Source: Saprospiraceae bacterium (GTDB taxonomy: Bacteria > Bacteroidota > Bacteroidia > Chitinophagales > Saprospiraceae). From it: a DNA stretch of 64,000 nucleotides. Positions 9,536 through 18,631 of this stretch are shown here, piece after piece. The notes under the pieces are model-generated. The model was not told the DNA's origin, did no database searches, and saw only the letters and a list, made by a program, of their open reading frames with translations. The stretch spans positions 184,879 to 248,878 of the forward strand of contig JAHDCU010000003.1 in assembly GCA_020629715.1 (NCBI GenBank), read 5' to 3'. The translations under genes and the position numbers were made by a program. Positions within the stretch are counted from its first letter, which is position 1; each line of letters opens with the position of its first letter.

Positions 9536-9950
9536 AGTATTTGTTGATTCAGATGTGATTATTGACTTTTTTACTGATAGAGAGCCTTTTGCCAACCCTG
9601 CTAGCAAGATTTTTGAGCTTAACGAACTTGATCAAATTCAAATCTACATTTCGGCAATAAGCCTGAATAATATCTACTACATCATTAGAAAATATATTGG
9701 TCATAAGGAGACCATAAAAATTATAGAAGAAATAGTTGAAATCTGTGAGATTGTAGGAACAACGAAAAAAGAAATAGTCCAGGCATTAAAAAATGAGTTT
9801 AGTGATTATGAAGACTCGATCCAGTACTCGTCGGCACTAAATATAAAAGGACTCGAAGCCATAATCACTAGAAATACTAAAGACTATGCTAAAGCACAGC
9901 TTCCAGTTTTCACTTCCGAAGCCTATTTAAAAGCAAAGGAAAATGAGTGA
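9525..9950 (+). CDS. PIN-domain toxin (VapC-like)
   Basis: 141 aa. The N-terminus 'KVFVDSDVIIDFF' is a typical PIN acidic-residue start, further acidic residues lie downstream, and the gene has operon overlap with its upstream partner. Confidence 0.65.
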   Translation: MASKVFVDSDVIIDFFTDREPFANPASKIFELNELDQIQIYISAISLNNIYYIIRKYIGHKETIKIIEEIVEICEIVGTTKKEIVQALKNEFSDYEDSIQYSSALNIKGLEAIITRNTKDYAKAQLPVFTSEAYLKAKENE

Positions 9951-10080
9951 TTATATTCGGTAGGTCATAAGGCTTGCTGAGTATATTGATATTAGTCATA
10001 ATCGAATAATCCTGTCATTTCAACTTATACGGAAGCGAAACTTTAGAAAAATTGAAGAGATTGATTCAGCTCTTAGTTAT

Positions 10081-12093
10081 CTAAAACCTCAAATCTCCCT
10101 TCAAGCCAATACTCCTAGCTTGAAAACCAGCAACTGTAGCCGATGATGCATTATTGAATCTATAGAATGCCATGAGCCAGCTTCGGGCATTGGGCTTATA
10201 GCCGATCTCTAGTTCGTATCGTTGGATGGATTGACTCGATAGATTCTCTATGGTCTGAATACCTATGGCTCCAGTCGCAGAATATATCCATTTCTTAGCT
10301 GGGTGATAGCGATTATCAAACTTTGCAAATACCTCTACCCCAGTATATCTAGATGGTGAAAAATATAGCATTTCGCGATTAGTATAAGAAAGCCATTGAA
10401 GGTTGACACCTGATTGAATCAAGGGTAATTCTGCAAAATCTCGGAATACAGAAACGAATAAATTAGTACTCGTATTATCATCAGATAGTAATGAGAATGC
10501 ACCATTTGTATAAACGCCAAATCGATTGATAAACTTTCTAAAATACTCCACACCTATACGATCTTCATACACTTCATTGTTGATAAGATTGACATTGTAA
10601 TCATAATAATTACGCAGTACAGAGGCTGCAATATTGTGTCTTTCTGAAAAACGTTTTTTCATACCTAGCTTGTAGATTGCGGCTGATAGCTGTGCTATAT
10701 TATTTCTATCAGCGAGTGCATATCCTACACTAGCTTCTATATCCAAGTCCCATAAAAGTCTCAATCTTAAACCTGCTAATATATTCTGCATACCCGCTTC
10801 CAAGACTTCACTTTGCTCTGCTAACCTCAAGCGATAATTAAGTAATACTTGCCATCTATTTTGATTGTGAGATGTATAATCTATAGTATATTGATGGACT
10901 GAATTATCGCCATTATCCTCTAAATTGAGATATTCCAGTTTTAGATTATTGTACCAAGATTTATTCAGCTCTTTTTGAAAGTAATAGTAAAATACACTTT
11001 CTGGATCGATCATAGCTATCGTATCCAGTTGAACCTCAGCTTCCCATGGATTGGCATTCTGTAATGCCGATCTAGCGGATATTTGATGAAAGTACTCTTC
11101 TCCACTATATTGCTCAATACTTCTTTCTACTTCAGCATAATTAGATTTGGCAAGTGCTAGGTTGATTGCTAATCTATTCGCTAAATCTTGAGTGGGTGCC
11201 GAAAGCGCTAAACTATCGATCATAGTTTGTGATCTTCTGTACTCTTTCAGTGCTATTAGAGTATTTACATGCTGATCGATGAGGGCCAGATGCAGAGCAT
11301 CATTCCTTTGCGGATGATGATCCAGTGCTTCCTCAGAATATCGCAAAGCTTCTCGATACTTCAAGATTCTGAGTGATCTATTACTATTTAGCTGATGTAC
11401 TCGAGATTCCTTAGGATAATACCTAAGTAAGGTATCTATTTGATCTTTCGCTTGACCGTAGCTTTCCTCATCTAGCAGCAAGTAGGATAGCGATATCAAG
11501 ATATCAAGATCACGAGGGTATTCTGTGCTTAAGGAATTCAAAACATCAAGTGCCTCTTCTTCTCTATGTGATAGCTTTAAGCGTTCGGCCTTACCTAACA
11601 GTATATACTTTTTAGAAACTAATGCATTATCGTTATTGGGAATTAACTCCAAAGCTTGATTGACGAGCACTTCTGCTTCATCATAGTTCTTCAACGAAGA
11701 TTGTGCATTGGCATAACCCAAAGTTGCTGGAAAACTACTTTCATCCCTGGAGACCAGTTTACGATATAGCTTAGCTGCCTCTTGATATTTACTTTGCCAC
11801 ATCAAAGATTCGGCATAATTCAATTGCAATTCATAATCACCTGGATATTGATCCAGCATACTCAAGAATATCTCTTCTGCCTTTTGAGCATTTCCATTCA
11901 ATCCTACCGCTCTACCATAACATAGATTTACGGTTTTATCCTTTGACCCTTCATGAACATAACTTTGAAAAAATTGCTCGGCTTTATCAAAAGCTCCACT
12001 TTCTAGATAGCTAAATCCTTCACTATAATCTTGTGAAATAAGCGTTGCACAGAATATCAAAAATGTAAAAAATATACTAAATCGTAATAGCAT
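10081..12093 (-). CDS. TPR-repeat protein with a C-terminal outer-membrane beta-barrel-like region
   Basis: 670 aa. Signal peptide 'MLLRFSIFFTFLIFCATLISQ'. Multiple TPR-like helical repeats fill the N-terminal half. The C-terminal half has alternating hydrophobic segments and ends '...GLKGDLRF'. Confidence 0.55.
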   Translation of the reverse strand: MLLRFSIFFTFLIFCATLISQDYSEGFSYLESGAFDKAEQFFQSYVHEGSKDKTVNLCYGRAVGLNGNAQKAEEIFLSMLDQYPGDYELQLNYAESLMWQSKYQEAAKLYRKLVSRDESSFPATLGYANAQSSLKNYDEAEVLVNQALELIPNNDNALVSKKYILLGKAERLKLSHREEEALDVLNSLSTEYPRDLDILISLSYLLLDEESYGQAKDQIDTLLRYYPKESRVHQLNSNRSLRILKYREALRYSEEALDHHPQRNDALHLALIDQHVNTLIALKEYRRSQTMIDSLALSAPTQDLANRLAINLALAKSNYAEVERSIEQYSGEEYFHQISARSALQNANPWEAEVQLDTIAMIDPESVFYYYFQKELNKSWYNNLKLEYLNLEDNGDNSVHQYTIDYTSHNQNRWQVLLNYRLRLAEQSEVLEAGMQNILAGLRLRLLWDLDIEASVGYALADRNNIAQLSAAIYKLGMKKRFSERHNIAASVLRNYYDYNVNLINNEVYEDRIGVEYFRKFINRFGVYTNGAFSLLSDDNTSTNLFVSVFRDFAELPLIQSGVNLQWLSYTNREMLYFSPSRYTGVEVFAKFDNRYHPAKKWIYSATGAIGIQTIENLSSQSIQRYELEIGYKPNARSWLMAFYRFNNASSATVAGFQARSIGLKGDLRF

Positions 12094-12476
12094 GGCAATC
12101 TTTAAGGATTGAAACAGGGCTTGAAGGACTTTACATTATAAAATTATATAAAATATATTCAATTGTAAACCAATTTATTAGGTAAGAGTATGTTTAAAAA
12201 CCTATTAATCGGCTGCAAACGGTAAATTTTATCCCAATTTGTGTTGAAAAGCCCTGCCTCGTCGGCAAGGCGGGCTCGCTGATGCTTTTGCATCGCCTAC
12301 TTTTTTCGCCTTAATTGAAATAAAATTTTTCCATTTTCGCTCAATCATAGATTTTTAAACATACTCTAATACAATTCGTATATTGTCGAATCCAGCAAAG
12401 AGATCTGCAGGCTTTTCTGCATCAATAAAAACTGGAGTCATCCTTCTAGTAAAACCATTTTTACTCAAATCGAAGT

Positions 12477-13703
12477 ATGTCTAAAAGCGAAACTACTCAA
12501 GGAATATTCACTTTAGTTGCGATCACAGTAGTCAATATCCTGAACTATGGTCTAAATCTAATCTTAGGTAGATGGCTAGGACCAGAACTATTCGCTCAGG
12601 CTGGGATTTTGGCAACTTTAGTTCTGGTATTATCATTTGTGGGAGTGGCTATTCAATTAGCTTCAGCCAAAGAAATTGCAAAAAGAGAAGACGAAAGAGA
12701 TGTTTTTCAACGATGGTATGATAGAAAAGTACTCATCGCATCCGCAATACTTACACTTATATTATTAGCCCTATCCTACCCGATCAGCAGCTTCTTTCAT
12801 ATGAGCAGTATTACTTCGCTCATGTGCATTTTTATTGGAATACCTTTTTACCTTTTACTTTGTAGCCGCAGAGGTTACTTCCAAGGTAAACAATCCTTTG
12901 AGGCATTTTCTTGGACCTTCGTCATTGAAACTTTGACTCGACTTACTGTTACCGTTGGAGGCTTATATCTTTTTAAAGATCAACTTGAGTCTTATGCTAT
13001 ACTTATCATTGGCATAGGCTTTTTGAGTTCTTTTGTCATTGGCTATCTCTATACTCAGATAAAGACTAAGCTAAAGCGGATATCTACGCAAAGTATTGAC
13101 TACAGACCTGTACTCATATTTTTAGTAACCATTGGTCTCTATGAATTAAGTCAGATCTTAATCAATAACTGTGATGTGCTCCTAGTCAAACATTTCTTTG
13201 ATGAATTTCAAGCAGGTCTATATACCTCAATTGCACTTATCGGAAGGATCGTGTATTTCGGCACATGGACCATCGTGACGCTACTCTTTCCTAAGGTAAT
13301 CGAGCGAGAACTCAAAGGAGAAAGTCATACTATGCTCTTTTTAGGAGCTCTTATATTGGTATTGATGGGCGGATTGATTGTAACGGGCTTTTGTTACTTC
13401 CAAGGAGATTGGTTAATCACATTATTGTTTGGTGAGGCGTTTATTGATGCCGCTCCATTCTTGTGGTTATATGCGCTGTCTACCACGATATTTGCCTGTG
13501 CCAATGTATTTGCTTACTATCATATGAGCCTGGATAATTATATTCCAGTTGCACTATCTCTACTTGCAGGTATCATACAGCTTTCCTTAGTATACTTTTT
13601 CCATGATTCTTTGAGAGAGGTGATCAATGTTCAGATCTATACCATGACGAGTTTATTAGTTTGTATGGTGGTTTATCATTTTGGGAAGATGGTGATAAAA
13701 TAA
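12477..13703 (+). CDS. Polysaccharide/oligosaccharide flippase (Wzx-like, MOP superfamily)
   Basis: 408 aa with about 12 predicted TM helices. The composition is typical of 'polysaccharide biosynthesis protein' flippases. Confidence 0.5.
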   Translation: MSKSETTQGIFTLVAITVVNILNYGLNLILGRWLGPELFAQAGILATLVLVLSFVGVAIQLASAKEIAKREDERDVFQRWYDRKVLIASAILTLILLALSYPISSFFHMSSITSLMCIFIGIPFYLLLCSRRGYFQGKQSFEAFSWTFVIETLTRLTVTVGGLYLFKDQLESYAILIIGIGFLSSFVIGYLYTQIKTKLKRISTQSIDYRPVLIFLVTIGLYELSQILINNCDVLLVKHFFDEFQAGLYTSIALIGRIVYFGTWTIVTLLFPKVIERELKGESHTMLFLGALILVLMGGLIVTGFCYFQGDWLITLLFGEAFIDAAPFLWLYALSTTIFACANVFAYYHMSLDNYIPVALSLLAGIIQLSLVYFFHDSLREVINVQIYTMTSLLVCMVVYHFGKMVIK

Positions 13704-13733
13704 TCTAACGAAGTCTAAGCAAAATATCCAATT

Positions 13734-14687
13734 ATGCCAACGCTAGAACAACTGAATAAGGATTTCCAAGAAAACGTTTTACCCCATCTTTTTAAAACCG
13801 AGACAAAGGGTAAATTTTTACCAGGATTATATGGTCACTCTGGCAACAGTTACAATTGTTCTCTAAGTAGCAAAGCTATCTTTGATATTGCTCCTGACTA
13901 TTTTCCCAATACAAGGTCAATTATACACTTTACTTCATTACCTGTTTTGCATTCTATTTTAAATGATATTGAGCTTAGGTTGTATTCTATGGTAACCATG
14001 AATGATTCTAATGAATTTTCGTTAGTAGCCAAAGAGTTTGGATACAATGAATTCCAACTAGAATTATATAAAAAGCAAACATATCTAATGTCGTTCTGTA
14101 ATTCAGATTTAATAAATTCTAATGATATTCTATTGATGTGGAAGTTATATGGTCATGGAGGTAATGGATGTTTAATAGAATTTGAAATTGACTATAACTC
14201 ACTACATTACGACTTTATAAACTTTGCTAATGTTATTTACACAAAACCAGACTACTCTGACTTTTTTAAGGCCAATGAAGAATTTGAGGTTAAAAATAAG
14301 CTGAATACGGAACTGAAAGAATTAATAAGAATCCCTGCTTGTTTTCATAAAAAGCCTATATACAAACATGAAAAAGAAATAAGACTAGTTTTAACAGAAG
14401 GTCATAAAGAACTACCTCAAAATACTATTAAAAATAGTTCGTCTTATAAATACGGCTTTACAGCAAACGGAAATATTTCGAACTATTATAAACTTCCCCT
14501 TTATTCTAACAATACATTCATACCAAGGATATCTATTAAAAGAATTCAACTCGGTTATAATTTCAATGATACGATATTGAGATCCTTCCGAAATCACATC
14601 ACTAAAGTATTTTGGGGTATAAATGAAAAATTAAATTCTAATGTATCGGCACCAGCAGTTGAAATATCAAATTTAAAATACGATTAA
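13734..14687 (+). CDS. DUF2971-like protein
   Basis: 317 aa. The motif 'LLMWKLYGHGGNGCLIEFEIDY' resembles the conserved DUF2971 core (MW..Y....G.CI.F). Confidence 0.45.
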   Translation: MPTLEQLNKDFQENVLPHLFKTETKGKFLPGLYGHSGNSYNCSLSSKAIFDIAPDYFPNTRSIIHFTSLPVLHSILNDIELRLYSMVTMNDSNEFSLVAKEFGYNEFQLELYKKQTYLMSFCNSDLINSNDILLMWKLYGHGGNGCLIEFEIDYNSLHYDFINFANVIYTKPDYSDFFKANEEFEVKNKLNTELKELIRIPACFHKKPIYKHEKEIRLVLTEGHKELPQNTIKNSSSYKYGFTANGNISNYYKLPLYSNNTFIPRISIKRIQLGYNFNDTILRSFRNHITKVFWGINEKLNSNVSAPAVEISNLKYD

Positions 14688-14714
14688 TCGTAACTGATTG
14701 CTAAATATAAATAA

Positions 14715-15890
14715 CTACTTCCTCAACCCCTCAAAAACATCAAGATATCGATCCATGATGACTGCAAGAGAGAGTTGTGCAGCAGCGACATAGTTTGCTT
14801 TTTCAAGTTCTATACGGTGATTGTCATCTGTTAATACCTTTTCGATTGCGTCTGCTAAGCTTTCTACATTACTTGGTTCGAAGTATTCACCTCGGTAGCC
14901 TTCCTCTTCTATCAATTCTTTGAGATCGCCAAGTACTGGTAAAATGGCTGCTTTTCCATAACTACTTGCTTGATGCAATACACCCGAGCTACCTGTAGTA
15001 CTCGTATATTCAAAAACAACAGCATCACAATCTCTAAAAATTCGAGGTACATCTTCTTCAAGAACATATCCAGTAAAGCTGATATCTCCCTCGTGTCCAT
15101 ATTGATCTTCCATAGATTTGAGATAACCTTTTACATTAGGATTATCCGTACCCGCTACAACAATCTCAATCGGCATCTGAAGCTTTTTTCTGAGCTTGAG
15201 CACAGCCTGAATAGTCAACTCAACCTTTTTATACGTTCCAAATTTTCCGAAAGTCAAGATTCTCTTTGCTCCCTTCCTTGGGATATGAAAATCTGGTGCA
15301 TCAGGTATTTCAAAGGTACCGTGCGGCATATGTAGAAGATTAGACACCTTATATTTTTCAGAAATGATATCCAAGTATTTGGGAATCGTGAAAGCCACTC
15401 GATCAGCTTGTAATATCAATCGAGTAATCATATTACCGAACTTACCATAGATCCATTTCATGATCGGATTTTGGGTAATACCAGCTTCATCCAAATCAAC
15501 GGTTTCAATGATATTATGCAATAGCACAACAGAAGGTATTCCTTGCCACTTCGCCATCATCGGACTTAGCAACCCGAGGGTAGCCGCTACTTTTGCATCA
15601 CCAAAACTCAAAAACTGTAGGTTGTACAATACAGCATCTGGTTTGAGTTCTTTAAGTGCTTTACGGATGGACAATGCATTGCTAAGACTATTAAATTTCC
15701 AACATATTTTGATTCTCGTCTTATTCAGATCTTCATCAAGACTATATTGCTCTTCTGCCGGCAATTTATCTGTAAGTATCGTAATGCTCTGTACTCGATC
15801 ATTAGCATCGAGATGCTTCACCATATAGTAAGCGTATTCATTGAGCGTAGTTTTACTAGGCGGATAAGGACTTACAATTGCAACATTCAT
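14715..15890 (-). CDS. Glycosyltransferase family 4 (GT-B fold)
   Basis: 391 aa with a GT4-like C-terminal region ('FEYTSTTGSSGVLHQASSYGKAAILP'). It is the last gene of a 4-gene minus-strand operon. Confidence 0.6.
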   Translation of the reverse strand: MNVAIVSPYPPSKTTLNEYAYYMVKHLDANDRVQSITILTDKLPAEEQYSLDEDLNKTRIKICWKFNSLSNALSIRKALKELKPDAVLYNLQFLSFGDAKVAATLGLLSPMMAKWQGIPSVVLLHNIIETVDLDEAGITQNPIMKWIYGKFGNMITRLILQADRVAFTIPKYLDIISEKYKVSNLLHMPHGTFEIPDAPDFHIPRKGAKRILTFGKFGTYKKVELTIQAVLKLRKKLQMPIEIVVAGTDNPNVKGYLKSMEDQYGHEGDISFTGYVLEEDVPRIFRDCDAVVFEYTSTTGSSGVLHQASSYGKAAILPVLGDLKELIEEEGYRGEYFEPSNVESLADAIEKVLTDDNHRIELEKANYVAAAQLSLAVIMDRYLDVFEGLRK

Positions 15891-15911
15891 TATTGGATAA
15901 TTTTGTCGTTT

Positions 15912-17429
15912 TTAATTTTCGAGGAAAGGCTGGAGCCGAGGTACAACTTTCTTGAATGAACCATCCAAACCAATCAAACCAAAGTGCCTTTGATCTTTTC
16001 TGATCCAAGGTTTCCATCCAAATACTGAGCTGGGTGCCTGAGGATAATCATACAAAGTCCAGACCATCCACCCTATGTTATTCTCTTTTGCAAATTGGAC
16101 GACATCCGTTACGTAGTCTGCCTGTTTGGATTGAGTATTTAGAAAAAGTCTTACCGGATTATTACCCGACGGAAATCCAAACTCTTCAATGACCAAATTT
16201 TTATCAAATTGAGAAAGCGATTTTATATGCTCCTTGAGTTCATCAAGCTCTGTATAATGATGAAAAGATATATAATCTAGCTGATCTGCAAACAAACTTG
16301 CATGTTTGCCATCTGCCCATCCTATAGTTAGAGGATGCTTATTATCCAATTGATAATAGAGCGCTATAAAGCTTTGCAACCAAGACAAAACAACATCTTC
16401 ATTATGATAGATGAAATCAATATCGGGTTCATTTTTGAGATTCCAAGCCAGCAGAGCAGGATGGTCAATATATCGATTTACCAAAAACTTTAACTGCCTA
16501 TAGTAACTGGGGTAGGTCCACAAATCATACCCAATCGGAAAATCAAATAAGGTAGGAACAATCATAAGTCCTAGACTATCAGCTGTATTCAACATGTGAT
16601 CTAGCTTCTTGACATTGTCTAGATTTATGTCGTTTCTGCCAAAATCCAGTAATGGAATAAAAACTCTAATAGAATTGAAGCCTAAGTCACGAATCTTACT
16701 CAAATCTTGGTGGATCACTGTACTATCATACTCTATCCAAAACTCTTTCCATGGTGAGTGTTGACTATAATAATTGACTCCTTTGATATCTAATATTTTA
16801 GACATATTATCATGATATGAGCTATCACGAGTCTCCCTTTTCATATCATTTCGCTGTCCAATGGTATGCCAATTGTAGACTTTCCATTGACCATCTTGCA
16901 AGACCATTTTTACCTGTAGGTCCAAGTAAGTTGTAGTGGACAGGATTGTACCATCTGCTAATTCCAATTCTTGGATCAATGGAATATTTCGATCCTCAAA
17001 AACAACCACACTAAAATCTAAACTTAAATGCTGCAATTCTAAATGGTGCTGAAGGCAGACACGTTTCAACTTCCCTTCTTCATCTTCACTACTATCCTGT
17101 AAACGGTCAATAAGTGCCTCATCAAAAAAACGATCCATCTTTGACCAGTCTAATGTCCAATACGCATCATTTAGTGTTTTCCAACATTGTAGATATGACT
17201 TTGCCACATCATCTCGAATAAAATCGGTCCAAACCTCTTGATCTTCCTCATCATACCAATAGACCTCTGTAAGATCATCTATGATGTATGGACTACGAGA
17301 AAATCTCGACTGCGATTGATCGGCTCCTGTTTTAAAATAGACGATCACTGAGGAGCTGATCACTAAGGCAAAGATCATGATTATCGATGCCAAGGCTAGA
17401 TAAAGGTATTTTTTTAACCCCTGCTTCAT
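15912..17429 (-). CDS. Membrane-anchored glycoside hydrolase, GH5-like (cellulase superfamily)
   Basis: 505 aa with an N-terminal TM helix. 'WNLKNEPD' is a GH5 acid/base NEP motif and 'VIEEFGFPS' is a candidate nucleophile Glu. The start overlaps the upstream gene by 4 nt. Confidence 0.5.
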   Translation of the reverse strand: MKQGLKKYLYLALASIIMIFALVISSSVIVYFKTGADQSQSRFSRSPYIIDDLTEVYWYDEEDQEVWTDFIRDDVAKSYLQCWKTLNDAYWTLDWSKMDRFFDEALIDRLQDSSEDEEGKLKRVCLQHHLELQHLSLDFSVVVFEDRNIPLIQELELADGTILSTTTYLDLQVKMVLQDGQWKVYNWHTIGQRNDMKRETRDSSYHDNMSKILDIKGVNYYSQHSPWKEFWIEYDSTVIHQDLSKIRDLGFNSIRVFIPLLDFGRNDINLDNVKKLDHMLNTADSLGLMIVPTLFDFPIGYDLWTYPSYYRQLKFLVNRYIDHPALLAWNLKNEPDIDFIYHNEDVVLSWLQSFIALYYQLDNKHPLTIGWADGKHASLFADQLDYISFHHYTELDELKEHIKSLSQFDKNLVIEEFGFPSGNNPVRLFLNTQSKQADYVTDVVQFAKENNIGWMVWTLYDYPQAPSSVFGWKPWIRKDQRHFGLIGLDGSFKKVVPRLQPFLEN

Positions 17430-18631
17430 TTATCATATTTAGATATAGGAAACTGGATACCATATATTTCGATATTAGCCTCTTCTAGCTCTTGATCTAT
17501 CCAAAGCTCATCCAACTCAAATCGAACAAATCCATCTCTCAACTCTTTTGAAATTTCTTGCTTAGTATTATTTTCAAAAATACTTAGAGATACTAGAGTC
17601 CCGTCCGCAACCAATTGTCCTAATGCACTTGTGATAGGGCCGACTACAATCTGTTCATTATTCCAAGCATAATTTACTTCATCAATTAATGCATCTAAGC
17701 TAATCTGCTTTGTTTCACTTTGAACACCACAAACTGATGCAAATATGTAATATCGTCCCGCCTGTGTTGGATTTTTGATCCATACCGAGGCTATACCACT
17801 TACCGACATACCTTGATACTTGGCATATAACCTACTGTCTTGATCTAGAATTATGAAAGAAACAAAAGTGCCATTCTCGATGATCCTACCCCATTCATCT
17901 TTCATGATATTGGTCTCTATTCTAAAAAACTGTCTACCATCTGCTATAGGAAATAGCTCCGCCGTTTTAATCTGAATATTTTCAGGACAACCCGTAAGTA
18001 TCCTAATTTGATGTTCTTTTGTATGTGCATATTGACTTGAAGCACCTATCAAAATTTTTTCTTGCCGTTTGGTATCTATATCATAGACTGCATAAGTGTC
18101 TTGAGTCTTAACGTTGGCAGTTTTTTTATCCAAATCAGAAATTGAAGTAAATACTAAAGATTCTGATTGATGCGTAGGATTATTGTATCTATCCACTGGA
18201 AATGCCGTGACCATAGCTCCTCTTTTATCCTTAAAACTTACCGTCTTAGGCCCTATAAAACTTGGTATTTCTCTGACTGCCTTCCCTGCCTTGACCCATA
18301 CTTGACTTACTGTATGAATACCTGCCTCGGTGGTTATATCCAAGCTATAGATCCCTGCTATAGTTGTACTAAGGCTATCTACGAAAACCTTGAGGCATCC
18401 ATGTTCAGATTGATAATTAAGTGCTTTTGTATGTAAACCACGAAGCATAATAGATTTAGGTTTACTTTCAAAATCACATAATTCAATCATCTTCTCCTCT
18501 CCTAATTCGATGGTAATTGTATCATCAGATGTTGCGCTGATTTGTTTAGTGATGTAAGCTATATTTGAATCACAATCACTACAAGACAGTATGCTCAAAA
18601 AAACTAATAATATATATACACGAACTATCAT
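17426..18631 (-). CDS. Hypothetical lipoprotein
   Basis: 401 aa. Lipoprotein-type signal 'MIVRVYILLVFLSILSCSDC'. It overlaps both neighbours by 4 nt. Confidence 0.5.
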   Translation of the reverse strand: MIVRVYILLVFLSILSCSDCDSNIAYITKQISATSDDTITIELGEEKMIELCDFESKPKSIMLRGLHTKALNYQSEHGCLKVFVDSLSTTIAGIYSLDITTEAGIHTVSQVWVKAGKAVREIPSFIGPKTVSFKDKRGAMVTAFPVDRYNNPTHQSESLVFTSISDLDKKTANVKTQDTYAVYDIDTKRQEKILIGASSQYAHTKEHQIRILTGCPENIQIKTAELFPIADGRQFFRIETNIMKDEWGRIIENGTFVSFIILDQDSRLYAKYQGMSVSGIASVWIKNPTQAGRYYIFASVCGVQSETKQISLDALIDEVNYAWNNEQIVVGPITSALGQLVADGTLVSLSIFENNTKQEISKELRDGFVRFELDELWIDQELEEANIEIYGIQFPISKYDK

